From a virus (Duplodnaviria; Heunggongvirae; Uroviricota; Caudoviricetes): 64,000 bases of DNA. The notes below the pieces were generated by a model, which saw nothing but the letters and a program-made list of their open reading frames with translations, had not been told where the DNA came from and ran no database searches. Shown piece after piece: positions 38,678 through 48,226 of the stretch. The stretch lies in the IMG/VR virus record IMGVR_UViG_2703718815_000003, one strand, 5' to 3'. Made by a program: the position numbers and the translations under genes. Numbering within the stretch: position 1 is the first letter of the stretch; each line of letters opens with the position of its first letter.

Positions 38678-40711
38678 TTACTTAACTTGGTGGCCTGGTT
38701 TAGCACCAGCATCCGGGCTTAACAGGAAGATATCTTTTCCGCCAGGGCCAGCAGCCATCACCATGCCTTCGGAGATACCGAAGCGCATTTTACGCGGTGC
38801 CAGGTTAGCCACCATAATGGTGTGACGACCAATCAGTGCCTGTGGGTCTGGATAAGCAGAACGGATGCCTGAGAAGACATTGCGTTTTTCACCGCCGAGA
38901 TCCAGCGTCAGGCGCAGCAGTTTGTCAGAACCTTCAACAAACTCTGCGTTTTCGATCAGTGCCACGCGCAGGTCAACTTTGGCAAAGTCGTCAAAGGTGA
39001 TGGTTTCCTGAATCGGGTCGTCTGCCAGCGGGCCAGTAACTGGCGCGGCAGCTGCTTTCACTTCTTCTTTGGATGCTTCCACCAGTGCTTCAACCTGCTT
39101 CATATCGATGCGGTTATACAGTGCCTTGAACGGATTCACTTTATGGCCCAGCAGCGGTTGCTGGATACCATCCCAGGTCAGTTCTGTATTCAGGAATGCT
39201 TCTGCACGTTCAGTCAGTTTCGGCAGTACCGGCTTCAGGTACGTCATCAGCACGCGGAACAGGTTAATGCCCATAGAGCAAATCGCCTGCAGATCGGCAT
39301 CGCGTCCTTCCTGCTTCGCCACCACCCACGGAGCCTGTTCATCGACATAGCGGTTAGCCAGGTCAGCCAATGCCATGATTTCACGGATAGCTTTACCAAA
39401 TTCACGGCTTTCCCATGCTTCGCCAATCACTTCAGCGGCATCAGTAAAGGTTTTGTACAGTTGCGGGTCAGCCAGTTCGCTTGCCAGCACGCCGTCAAAA
39501 CGCTTGTTGATAAAGCCTGCATTACGGGAGGCCAGGTTAACCACTTTGTTCACGATATCGGCATTCACGCGCTGAACGAAATCCTCCAGGTTGAGATCGA
39601 TATCATCAATGCGCGAAGAGAGTTTCGCAGTGTAGTAGTAACGCAGGCTGTCAGCGTCAAAATGATTCAGCCAGGTGCTGGCTTTAATAAAGGTGCCGCG
39701 AGACTTGGACATCTTCGCGCCGTTCACCGTCACATAGCCGTGAACAAACAGGTTGGTCGGCTTGCGGAAGTTGCTGCCTTCCAGCATGGCAGGCCAGAAC
39801 AGGCTGTGGAAGTAAACAATATCTTTACCGATGAAGTGGTACAGCTCGGCGGTGGAGTCTTTCTTCCAGTATTCATCGAAGCTGGTGGTATCGCCGCGCT
39901 TGTCGCACAGATTCTTGAAGGAACCCATGTAGCCAATCGGCGCGTCCAGCCAGACGTAGAAATATTTGCCCGGCGCGTTCGGAATTTCAAAACCGAAGTA
40001 GGGCGCATCTCGGGAGATATCCCACTGTTGCAGGCCGGATTCAAACCATTCCTGCATTTTGTTCGCCACCTGCTCCTGCAACGCGCCGCTGCGGGTCCAT
40101 GCCTGCAACATTTCGCTGAAAGAAGGCAGATCAAAGAAGAAGTGTTCGGAATCACGCATTACCGGGGTAGCGCCAGAAACCACCGATTTCGGCTCGATCA
40201 ATTCAGTCGGGCTATATGTTGCGCCGCAGACTTCACAGTTATCGCCGTATTGATCTGGCGCTTTACATTTCGGGCAGGTGCCTTTTACAAAACGATCCGG
40301 CAGGAACATGCCTTTTTCCGGGTCGTACAACTGAGAGATAGTGCGGTTTTTAATAAAACCGTTCTCTTTCAGGCGAGTATAGATAAGCTCAGACAACTGA
40401 CGGTTCTCTTCGCTGTGCGTCGAGTGATAGTTGTCATAGCTGATGTTAAAGCCTGCGAAATCAGTCTGGTGTTCCTGACTCATTTCGCCAATCATCTGCT
40501 CCGGTGTGATACCAAGCTGCTGTGCTTTCAGCATGATCGGCGTACCGTGGGCATCGTCGGCACAGATGAAATTAACCTCGTGGCCGCGCATTCGCTGGTA
40601 ACGAACCCAGACATCAGCCTGGATGTGCTCCAGCATATGGCCGAGGTGGATTGAGCCGTTAGCGTACGGCAGCGCGCACGTCACCAGAATTTTCTTCGCG
40701 ACTTGGGTCAT
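38678..40711 (-). CDS. metG: methionyl-tRNA synthetase (host-type MetG)
   Basis: 677 aa from [26 protein letters not shown]; class I motifs SIHLGH and KMSKS, CPKC/CEVC zinc knuckle, C-terminal tRNA-binding domain. Matches enterobacterial MetG as I recall it, not verified by search. Confidence 0.95.
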   Translation of the reverse strand: MTQVAKKILVTCALPYANGSIHLGHMLEHIQADVWVRYQRMRGHEVNFICADDAHGTPIMLKAQQLGITPEQMIGEMSQEHQTDFAGFNISYDNYHSTHSEENRQLSELIYTRLKENGFIKNRTISQLYDPEKGMFLPDRFVKGTCPKCKAPDQYGDNCEVCGATYSPTELIEPKSVVSGATPVMRDSEHFFFDLPSFSEMLQAWTRSGALQEQVANKMQEWFESGLQQWDISRDAPYFGFEIPNAPGKYFYVWLDAPIGYMGSFKNLCDKRGDTTSFDEYWKKDSTAELYHFIGKDIVYFHSLFWPAMLEGSNFRKPTNLFVHGYVTVNGAKMSKSRGTFIKASTWLNHFDADSLRYYYTAKLSSRIDDIDLNLEDFVQRVNADIVNKVVNLASRNAGFINKRFDGVLASELADPQLYKTFTDAAEVIGEAWESREFGKAIREIMALADLANRYVDEQAPWVVAKQEGRDADLQAICSMGINLFRVLMTYLKPVLPKLTERAEAFLNTELTWDGIQQPLLGHKVNPFKALYNRIDMKQVEALVEASKEEVKAAAAPVTGPLADDPIQETITFDDFAKVDLRVALIENAEFVEGSDKLLRLTLDLGGEKRNVFSGIRSAYPDPQALIGRHTIMVANLAPRKMRFGISEGMVMAAGPGGKDIFLLSPDAGAKPGHQVK

Positions 40712-40868
40712 AGTAGGCATTACTTCTTTGTAGTGAAAAGGGGCTTGATAGTAACAAAATGGCCTTATGTCTGCCATGTGATAACAGCATTTCTCATAAA
40801 TGATTAAATGTCGTAGCTGGAGTACACTACAAGGCGACAATTGCGCAAATTAAAATAAAGGAGACGGG

Positions 40869-41969
40869 ATGAGCGAGTCCAAATCGCCGGATGCCCTGAG
40901 AGCAATGGTAGCCGGTACGCTGGCTAATTTTCAGCACCCAACCCTGAAACACAACCTGACTACGCTTAAAGCGTTACACCATGTTGCGTTGATGGATGAC
41001 ACACTGCATGTCGAACTAATCATGCCTTTCGTGTGGAATAAGCCTTTTGAAGACCTGAAAGAGCAATGTAGTGGTGATCTGCTCCGTATCACTGGCGCAA
41101 AGGCTATTGACTGGAAGCTGTCGTACAACATTGCCACGCTTAAGCGCGTCAAAAACCAACCAGGCATTAATGGCGTTAAGAACATTATCGCCGTCAGCTC
41201 AGGCAAGGGCGGCGTGGGTAAATCCTCCACGGCGGTAAACCTGGCACTGGCGTTGGCTGCTGAAGGTGCGAAAGTTGGTATTTTGGATGCCGATATCTAT
41301 GGTCCATCAATTCCAACCATGCTGGGCGCGGAAAACCAACGTCCAACCTCACCTGACGGTACTCACATGGCACCTATCATGTCTCATGGCCTGGCAACCA
41401 ACTCTATTGGTTATCTGGTCACCGACGACAATGCAATGGTGTGGCGTGGACCGATGGCGAGCAAGGCGTTAATGCAGATGTTGCAGGAAACATTGTGGCC
41501 TGATCTGGACTATCTTGTTCTCGATATGCCGCCGGGCACTGGTGATATTCAGTTGACGCTGGCGCAGAACATTCCTGTAACTGGTGCTGTTGTGGTAACT
41601 ACGCCGCAAGACATCGCGCTGATCGATGCGAAGAAAGGCATTGTGATGTTCGAAAAAGTCGAAGTGCCGGTACTTGGTATCGTCGAAAACATGAGTGTGC
41701 ATATTTGCAGTAACTGCGGTCATCACGAGCCAATTTTTGGCACCGGTGGCGCAGAGAAACTGGCCGAGAAATACAACACGCAGTTGTTAGGCCAAATGCC
41801 ACTTCATATCTCTCTTCGTGAAGATCTGGATAACGGAACACCAACCGTTATTAGTCGTCCAGATAGTGAATTTACGGCTATTTATCGTGACCTCGCAGAT
41901 CGCGTTGCTGCCCAAATGTATTGGCAAGGTGAAGTAATACCTGGCGAAATCGCATTCCGCGCAGTGTGA
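40869..41969 (+). CDS. apbC: Fe-S cluster carrier ATPase ApbC/Mrp
   Basis: Mrp/NBP35 P-loop SSGKGGVGKS and CSNCGH motif; divergent from metG as in enterobacterial chromosomes. Confidence 0.95.
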   Translation: MSESKSPDALRAMVAGTLANFQHPTLKHNLTTLKALHHVALMDDTLHVELIMPFVWNKPFEDLKEQCSGDLLRITGAKAIDWKLSYNIATLKRVKNQPGINGVKNIIAVSSGKGGVGKSSTAVNLALALAAEGAKVGILDADIYGPSIPTMLGAENQRPTSPDGTHMAPIMSHGLATNSIGYLVTDDNAMVWRGPMASKALMQMLQETLWPDLDYLVLDMPPGTGDIQLTLAQNIPVTGAVVVTTPQDIALIDAKKGIVMFEKVEVPVLGIVENMSVHICSNCGHHEPIFGTGGAEKLAEKYNTQLLGQMPLHISLREDLDNGTPTVISRPDSEFTAIYRDLADRVAAQMYWQGEVIPGEIAFRAV

Positions 41970-41970
41970 T

Positions 41971-41994
41971 AAAAAGGCGGTGCATTGCACCGCC
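41971..41994. terminator. hairpin terminator between apbC and UmuD'-like gene
   Basis: ggcggtgca t tgcaccgcc with A-run on plus strand (T-run on minus). Confidence 0.5.
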
Positions 41995-42006
41995 TAATCA
42001 GTTCTC

Positions 42007-42396
42007 CTACATCACGGGACAATCATCAAACTCGCCACTTCTTGCGTCGTTGATAATGTGAGTGATCACACCAAACACGGCATTGCTGCCCGTGCATCCA
42101 TCGTCATCCTTTGGCAATGCTTCCTTCTTACCGGTTCTTAAATCCTCCAGATGCTGACGTGGGTACTTCCGGTATCTTTTTACGCGATATTCCCCATCCA
42201 GAGCGCATACAAGCAGAGAACCATCAACCGGGGTAAGTGAGGAATCGACCACCAGCAATGCACCCTGTAATATTCCCTCACGATGATGACTATCAGCTGC
42301 CCTCATGAAGTAGGTCGCTGAAGGATGTCTAATTATCTGCTGATCAAGAGAAATACGGCTCTCAGCATAATCCGCCGCAGGAGAAGGGAAGCCCAT
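42007..42396 (-). CDS. UmuD'-like S24 peptidase-fold protein (pre-truncated UmuD homologue)
   Basis: Starts MGFPSPAADYAE...HPSATYF, i.e. at the UmuD segment after the RecA-cleavage site; Ser (AADSH) and Lys (VKRYRK) positions retained; no umuC partner; AGAGG RBS. Confidence 0.75.
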   Translation of the reverse strand: MGFPSPAADYAESRISLDQQIIRHPSATYFMRAADSHHREGILQGALLVVDSSLTPVDGSLLVCALDGEYRVKRYRKYPRQHLEDLRTGKKEALPKDDDGCTGSNAVFGVITHIINDARSGEFDDCPVM

Positions 42397-42412
42397 AATA
42401 CTCGCCTCTTAA

Positions 42413-42432
42413 TACTGTATACACATACAGTA
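42413..42432. promoter_or_regulatory. LexA (SOS) box
   Basis: TACTGTATACACATACAGTA, perfect CTGT-N8-ACAG, about 17 bp upstream of UmuD'-like start. Confidence 0.75.
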
Positions 42433-42728
42433 TATATTGAAGCTATATATTTTTGAACTCTATCTCTTAAAAAAGATGTTAATAAGATGCTAACTATTGA
42501 AAGGCATAAATATATACAATTCAAACAAACGTTATTTTTAACAAATTTTTTCTTCCCATTGACTTTTTCGAACGCCTTGTCCGGTCTAAAGTGCGCAGAA
42601 GTCACTTTTTCCTTCCTGAGTTATCCACAGGCTTATGCACTTGCATGAAAAATCTATTCACACTATCTTAATTCGCAAGACACTGATGTTGCAGTATTGA
42701 GGGTATGTTGGGTTAAAAATAGACATTA

Positions 42729-42758
42729 AAAAGCCCAGTTGACTAGGCTGGGCTTTTT
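42729..42758. terminator. bidirectional intrinsic terminator
   Basis: aaaagcccag ttgactagg ctgggcttttt. Confidence 0.55.
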
Positions 42759-43058
42759 AAAAGGAAACAGAGTTTGCGGCTCTGTTCCTGAGCCATAAGT
42801 ATCTGGCGACTGAATTAAGATTAACCGAATGTACTGGATTCATCAAGAAAGGTTGAGTGGTCATACCAGGTAATAATGACCATTTACTAAACATCGTTGT
42901 TCTCAAAGAAGATTTAAGTCCAGGTTTTTGGTGACTCTAAAACCTTACCTTAACTCGAAATCGTGCCGTAAGTATCTGGCGACTACAGATATTGCAACTG
43001 CAAAGGCAAGCCCAAAGGTATTTGCAGCTAGGCGCGATAAAACTAAGTGAGGCCTGTT

Positions 43059-43142
43059 ATGGTTAACTTACTGTTCAAAATCGTGCCGCCGATGTTCGCG
43101 ATTATCAAAGCGATCATTGAGTACGTAAACCAGCGTCCATAA
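43059..43142 (+). CDS. small hydrophobic peptide (27 aa)
   Basis: MVNLLFKIVPPMFAIIKAIIEYVNQRP; GTGAGG 6 nt upstream of ATG; hairpin terminator follows; below ORF-track threshold. Confidence 0.35.
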   Translation: MVNLLFKIVPPMFAIIKAIIEYVNQRP

Positions 43143-43155
43143 CGCTAGTTGCTAC

Positions 43156-43180
43156 AGGCCCCATCAAGAGCATGGGGCCT
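43156..43180. terminator. hairpin terminator
   Basis: aggccccat caagagc atggggcct 9-bp stem. Confidence 0.5.
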
Positions 43181-43197
43181 CTTTATCGTACTATTGC

Positions 43198-43824
43198 TTA
43201 TTTTTTACGGACTGAGTTGTTCACTGCTCTGGCAATCTTCTCCCGCAATTGCTGCGTTCCGTGGTACTGAACCGCAATATCTCTCAACTCGTTCACCAGT
43301 TCTCGAATCTGGTGATCTTTAAGCTCATTATTTGGGTGATTGGTAACAACTCTGGTTAATTCACCCTTGTCTTTTGCTCTTACGTATGCAGCTCTTGTGC
43401 ATTCGACCCATGTATTACCGCCTACATTAACTTCGTAGATTAGGCTGGACTTATCTGTCAATTCGGAACAAATACGGGCCGTGGTCTGGCAACTAGAGCA
43501 TTCGCAGTTATCGCGGAAACCGTGATCTACCGGTCGAGAAAGAGGTTTAACTTTTTCATCCAACTTCATCACAGCATCGTGATAAGCGTTCCAGCCGTCA
43601 TCTTTACCAAGTTGATAAATCTCTGAAGGCTCCATGTAGTCTATATCGCAACCTTCTTCATCCGATCTATCTGGTCGCTTCCCTGGTAATCGCTCATAAA
43701 AACGATTTCTGTCTCGACGTTCGGCTCTCAGTGCTAACGCAAGAAGTTGCTCAAGCGAGGTATTTGCACCAGCAATAATTTTATTGAGAATATCTTCTGT
43801 GAGATCTTTCGCTACCGTGCTCAT
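43198..43824 (-). CDS. hypothetical protein
   Basis: 208-aa ORF with Cys cluster CECSSC. Confidence 0.5.
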   Translation of the reverse strand: MSTVAKDLTEDILNKIIAGANTSLEQLLALALRAERRDRNRFYERLPGKRPDRSDEEGCDIDYMEPSEIYQLGKDDGWNAYHDAVMKLDEKVKPLSRPVDHGFRDNCECSSCQTTARICSELTDKSSLIYEVNVGGNTWVECTRAAYVRAKDKGELTRVVTNHPNNELKDHQIRELVNELRDIAVQYHGTQQLREKIARAVNNSVRKK

Positions 43825-44204
43825 TTATCTCTCTCAGTATGTTGCGATGGCGTAAATTTGACGACATCAAATATTTTGGATGGCATCAACTTTATCCGCG
43901 AGCTTAGTTCGGCTCTTCTCTGTAATGCGGTTAATAATGTTTTCGTTCTGACGCCTTCGTGTATCCTCATCCCTGGCACAAGAACTACATCGCAGGGGAG
44001 ATGCTCAGGTGACAAATCATTTTGGGCATCGCTAATCAGTCGTGTAATCTCTCTTTCAAGCCGACCGCCTAGCTCTGTTTTAGTGCAATGTTCTGACCAA
44101 TCGCCAGCCTCAAGCAGCGCGAGAATGCTTAAAATATCGTCCAATAGATCAGTGGTATTATCGACTTCCTTCTGAAACTCACCGGCTACTGATTTATGCA
44201 TCAT
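43821..44204 (-). CDS. hypothetical protein
   Basis: 127-aa ORF, overlapping stop/start with neighbours. Confidence 0.5.
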   Translation of the reverse strand: MMHKSVAGEFQKEVDNTTDLLDDILSILALLEAGDWSEHCTKTELGGRLEREITRLISDAQNDLSPEHLPCDVVLVPGMRIHEGVRTKTLLTALQRRAELSSRIKLMPSKIFDVVKFTPSQHTERDK

Positions 44205-44854
44205 TCGTCATCCTCATCCGAGTCATCCTCATCACAGGATGAGAGTAGTGGGTTAGTCATTCGCCCTACTTGAGTGGCGTAGCCACGCCGACAGAGATTG
44301 CGCAGCACACTGTATATTTCGAACATCTCGGTTCGTTCATCGCCAACATCAAGCTCAGATGCTATAGCGTGGCATTCAGTCGCGAGAGCCGATATTTTCT
44401 GAAATAACTCTGCATTATTCACTGTTCGACTCCTGCGGCGTTCTGGTAGTGGCATCCAGTGTGTGACATTGCTAATCAGACCATATTCATTAGTTTGAGG
44501 ATGGTTGCCGTTAGCGTCTCCGTATTTAAGACTCTCCATAAAGCCATAATGCCTATCACCATTAACGCTCACAAAGCCGTAATAAGCAGGTATAACGCCG
44601 ATCTCACACGTAACCAGTAAAGGAAAACTAGTTCTCCAATTTAGCTCGCCAATTACAGGCATTCGCTCACTACAGCTTATCCAACCATCCTTAGATGCGG
44701 CTGTATTGGCATAGGCCTTACGGTGCTTCTGTAGCTCTGCTGCAATCGCTCTCACGACTTCAACTGGTGCTCTTGCAGCAAACTCAATGTTGGTGATCAG
44801 CTCATTAAGATATTTCTCGCTTGGGTAGCATTTCTTATTGTTAACGGTGGTCAT
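44201..44854 (-). CDS. hypothetical phage protein (DUF551-like C-terminus?)
   Basis: C-terminal THWMPLP motif reminiscent of DUF551 prophage proteins; acidic tail. Confidence 0.45.
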   Translation of the reverse strand: MTTVNNKKCYPSEKYLNELITNIEFAARAPVEVVRAIAAELQKHRKAYANTAASKDGWISCSERMPVIGELNWRTSFPLLVTCEIGVIPAYYGFVSVNGDRHYGFMESLKYGDANGNHPQTNEYGLISNVTHWMPLPERRRSRTVNNAELFQKISALATECHAIASELDVGDERTEMFEIYSVLRNLCRRGYATQVGRMTNPLLSSCDEDDSDEDDE

Positions 44855-45039
44855 TAGGCAGCTCTCTCAACAACAAGCAATTCGTCGTAGTCATAATCAG
44901 TTTCGGAACCATCCGTACCGAACAGAGTCACTTTGTCATTTTCCATCCAAAAAGATTTAACCGCACATTGTTGACCTTTAGATGTTATGAGCACATCACC
45001 AGGGATTACGTCTTCAGCGCGAACCTCTAGTGTTCTCAT
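44854..45039 (-). CDS. hypothetical small protein
   Basis: 61-aa ORF coupled to neighbours. Confidence 0.35.
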   Translation of the reverse strand: MRTLEVRAEDVIPGDVLITSKGQQCAVKSFWMENDKVTLFGTDGSETDYDYDELLVVERAA

Positions 45040-45566
45040 CGTGCTGCCCCCTCTTTGGTGAAAATGCCTGCTGCAATGCTGTTTATGATGCTGTCAGTGC
45101 ATGGAGTAGAAAGCTGGGCATCTCCAGCAATTTTCATGACCTCAACATCCGCATATCGAATACCGAGGTGTATCAGACCGGCTATACCTGACTTAAGTCG
45201 AACATTTTCCATAAACAGATCTTTTTCCCGCTGTTTAGCGCCTTCCAACTCCATCGACAATTTTTCCAACTGCTCTTTATGCTTCTTGTATTCCTGATAC
45301 GCGTGCCAAGACTGACCTTTGCGCACACTATCAGTGATATCAGCAACCTGCTCTGGTGTTAGCGTGGTCAGTGGCTGTGCTGGAAAAATCATCACTTGCC
45401 CGGCATCCCAATCAAAACCCGCCTGAATTGACTGAACCTCAACTGATGGTGTTGAACCGATGCGACCAGGCGAATGAACAACGATCGTTACATCCATATC
45501 GCGACGATGGCTGTGGTTGTTGGACAAAATACGATTCACCAACTCAGAAAATTTGGAAAATTTCAT
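45036..45566 (-). CDS. hypothetical protein
   Basis: Start set to MKFSKF ATG at 45566 overlapping upstream stop. Confidence 0.45.
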   Translation of the reverse strand: MKFSKFSELVNRILSNNHSHRRDMDVTIVVHSPGRIGSTPSVEVQSIQAGFDWDAGQVMIFPAQPLTTLTPEQVADITDSVRKGQSWHAYQEYKKHKEQLEKLSMELEGAKQREKDLFMENVRLKSGIAGLIHLGIRYADVEVMKIAGDAQLSTPCTDSIINSIAAGIFTKEGAAR

Positions 45567-45886
45567 GCTGATCCCTCTTTCTCTCCCCGGATAATTCTGT
45601 TGCACACATCCACACACTCGTCGCAGATGAAAACGGCGTCCCCAGCAATTAACTTTTTGACGGCGTACTGGGATTTGTTGCAGAAGCTGCAACAAAGTGT
45701 TCGCCTGACTGATAAGGATGGAGCGCCAGATGTCAGCCGCTCCATATCGTTCTTGCGACGCAATATCACACGGCTGAACTCAACCAGTTTCTCCGGGGAT
45801 ATATCCTCCTCCGTAGCAAGCGCCTCTAATCGTTCGAGTATGTGGAAGGCTTTTTCCTGGGTAATTGCAGAATGCGATGTGGTCAT
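45563..45886 (-). CDS. protein with ClpX-type N-terminal zinc-binding domain (ZBD)
   Basis: C-terminal [36 protein letters not shown] closely resembles the ClpX N-terminal C4 zinc finger; no AAA+ module. Confidence 0.6.
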   Translation of the reverse strand: MTTSHSAITQEKAFHILERLEALATEEDISPEKLVEFSRVILRRKNDMERLTSGAPSLSVRRTLCCSFCNKSQYAVKKLIAGDAVFICDECVDVCNRIIRGEKEGSA

Positions 45887-45887
45887 C

Positions 45888-46490
45888 TCACTCTCCTTTG
45901 ATGCGAATGCCAGCGGCGCGGGAATCATTCCATCGCTTTACTTCTTCACGAATTACGTCAATGCATTCTTTCGAATCCATTAGGTAATCTTCATCAAAAA
46001 GACGTTCCTGTTCGTTTTCTATCGCAACAATGATTGCTTCAACTAACTTTTGTGCCTGAGAATCACTTTCTAACTCTGCTATGCGCTTACTCCCATCCGA
46101 GATAACACCTTCGTAATATTCACGCTGTTCGTTGAGTTTTGATTTTGTCTCCTCAAGCTCAACACGCAGCTTCTCAAGCGTTAGGACCATCTCTACGTTC
46201 TCCTGCTCAAGACGTCGGATGTGTTGCTGTCTTTTATCCAGTTCGTCCAGCAGTGCAATCACATCGGGATCACTAGCATCAACTACTGTTACGCGTGATT
46301 TTTCATAATGTTCGTCTGCAAAAGTACGCCCTATCTTAAAATATCCGTCATCACCCTCACCGGAACAGGCATAAACAACATGTGCTCCAGATATGCGCTG
46401 TATTGACATTTCCTCGCCACAAACAGAGCATTTAGGCGCTGGTTTTGGTGAATAACGTTCACGTAACGTCAGGTAGTAAATCTCATTCAC
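45888..46490 (-). CDS. zinc-ribbon + coiled-coil protein
   Basis: CSVCGEE...C motif then long coiled coil. Confidence 0.5.
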   Translation of the reverse strand: MNEIYYLTLRERYSPKPAPKCSVCGEEMSIQRISGAHVVYACSGEGDDGYFKIGRTFADEHYEKSRVTVVDASDPDVIALLDELDKRQQHIRRLEQENVEMVLTLEKLRVELEETKSKLNEQREYYEGVISDGSKRIAELESDSQAQKLVEAIIVAIENEQERLFDEDYLMDSKECIDVIREEVKRWNDSRAAGIRIKGE

Positions 46491-46942
46491 TGTTTATTTC
46501 CTTTGCGAAGCTCAGCGGCGAAGGCTACTGCGTGATCATGATGTTCAAGTGTGTATGCGCACTCAGCAAACATCTCCACGCCCTGCGCACGTACTTCAGC
46601 CAGAAAAGCATCGGTGGCTGGAGTCTCCGTTAATTCGCTAACCCAATTATCTCCGTGTTCCTCGGCACACATCGCATCGAATGCTCGCTCAGATTCTTTC
46701 AGGGCTGCATTCTCCGCCGCTAATGCGTCTCTTTGCGCCCGCAACTTCTCAATTTCGGCAGCCATGTAGTAACCAACCATAGCGAAGACGGCAAAAGAGT
46801 TGTCTGCCTCATCAGGCGACACTGAGGCCATTAGCAGGCCATCGTAAAAATCGTGACTCCCATTGGTGATCGCCACCGCATAGGAGTCGTGGTTCTCGCG
46901 CTTGTGAATGAGAACTACGGGATTTTCGATTTTGTTACTCAT
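46487..46942 (-). CDS. hypothetical protein
   Basis: 151-aa ORF. Confidence 0.5.
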   Translation of the reverse strand: MSNKIENPVVLIHKRENHDSYAVAITNGSHDFYDGLLMASVSPDEADNSFAVFAMVGYYMAAEIEKLRAQRDALAAENAALKESERAFDAMCAEEHGDNWVSELTETPATDAFLAEVRAQGVEMFAECAYTLEHHDHAVAFAAELRKGNKQ

Positions 46943-47080
46943 GTGTTTTTCTCTTCTTTGCTGTTACATAAGCACTACCAAGTGCTGGTTTATTTTCACA
47001 AATAAGAAAAGGTAGAAAACAATTTATTTAAGGCCATAAGTTATGGCCTTTATTTATTCATGCAGAAGGATTTGTAGCGC

Positions 47081-47461
47081 CTAATTGCCGGATAAAATGG
47101 GTTGAGGTGCTTGCCAGTAAGCTCCACCGTCCCATGTGAACCCCATGCGAATAAGAGTGTTTATTGCGGCTTTGGTAGACTCTGATTCGACACTGACTTT
47201 TCGAAACTCTTGAACCTCTTTCGCCAACCTGTATGTAATTGTGCAGGGGACGATTGCAGCCCAGCCTTTCTCATGACTGTTAATGACCATCTGGATGTGA
47301 CCATCCAGAATAGGTTGATTAGGCATGTTATTGAAAATGTCTGCCTGTTTTTGAATGTGAAGAAAAAGCCTTGCCAGTGCCATTTGCTCACTACGAGACA
47401 AGGGATTATCAAGAGGACTTTTTGCAAAAGCGGCTATACGCTGTGCATCAATGCCAAACAT
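47081..47461 (-). CDS. hypothetical protein
   Basis: 126-aa ORF. Confidence 0.45.
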   Translation of the reverse strand: MFGIDAQRIAAFAKSPLDNPLSRSEQMALARLFLHIQKQADIFNNMPNQPILDGHIQMVINSHEKGWAAIVPCTITYRLAKEVQEFRKVSVESESTKAAINTLIRMGFTWDGGAYWQAPQPILSGN

Positions 47462-48165
47462 CAGCGCACCTCACCATCTTTATGGCTGGAGTTAACTTCC
47501 GCCATTAAATGTCTGACGTAATCGACAAGAGAGCCACCTGGTGGAATCTGGCATTCCTCAACTAACTGGAAGTAGATATCCGCTGCATTACGTGTATTAC
47601 TACCCTCGCATATTCTTTCTTCCCGAAGTGCATGAAGCTCGCTGATCAAACGGTCACACTCTCCGTTACGCTGATCCACAACGGCCTCAAGCTCTGCGAC
47701 GCGTTCACCTGGCGTCTTACCTTCTTTGCGTTGGATGGTAACGACGAAATCGCCAATTGCAGGGACGTTGTAATCCAGCTCAAGGTAGTTTTTGGCACCG
47801 CTGCGGACGAACTCACCCGCGAACATGGTGGCGAACATCGCAGAGGCCACTTCGCCGTTGAAAAGTGACTCCAGATCTAACGGAGTCCCGGCAGCAAGAG
47901 CCTCTTTTGCTGTATCCATTGCATCCATGAACCGATCAAACTCACTAGCGCGCTTTTCCAGGTCTTTCCATTGCTCGCTCCAACGTTTGGCAACGAAGTC
48001 TATGAATGTTTTCGCGGATTCATCAAAATTCCCCTCAAACTTAACGATGCCTTTATCAATAATGATCTGGCCTACCGCATCCTCTGCATAACCTTTCAAT
48101 GTAAACTTGAAAGGAAAATCAGAATGGCCTGTGACGTTAAAATGCTCTAACTGGAGGTTGTTCAT
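47461..48165 (-). CDS. hypothetical protein
   Basis: 234-aa ORF. Confidence 0.5.
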   Translation of the reverse strand: MNNLQLEHFNVTGHSDFPFKFTLKGYAEDAVGQIIIDKGIVKFEGNFDESAKTFIDFVAKRWSEQWKDLEKRASEFDRFMDAMDTAKEALAAGTPLDLESLFNGEVASAMFATMFAGEFVRSGAKNYLELDYNVPAIGDFVVTIQRKEGKTPGERVAELEAVVDQRNGECDRLISELHALREERICEGSNTRNAADIYFQLVEECQIPPGGSLVDYVRHLMAEVNSSHKDGEVR

Positions 48166-48226
48166 GTGTTTTTCTCTTATCGTTTAGTTACTACATTCTT
48201 ACACAAATTAAGTAAGTATTTACCTA

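Noticed and set aside
39143-40654. 503-aa plus-strand ORF
   Set aside because: Lies antisense to metG, which has clear class I synthetase motifs; composition looks like an out-of-frame shadow ORF.
42333-42605. 90-aa minus-strand ORF
   Set aside because: Overlaps the UmuD'-like gene start and the LexA-box promoter region; hydrophobic low-complexity translation.
38600-43200. Interpretation as a chromosomal segment flanked by two unrelated prophages
   Set aside because: The same two phage-specific motif families occur on both sides of the metG/apbC block, and one lies within about 100 bp of the metG stop, so a single element is more parsimonious. An assembly chimera is not excluded.
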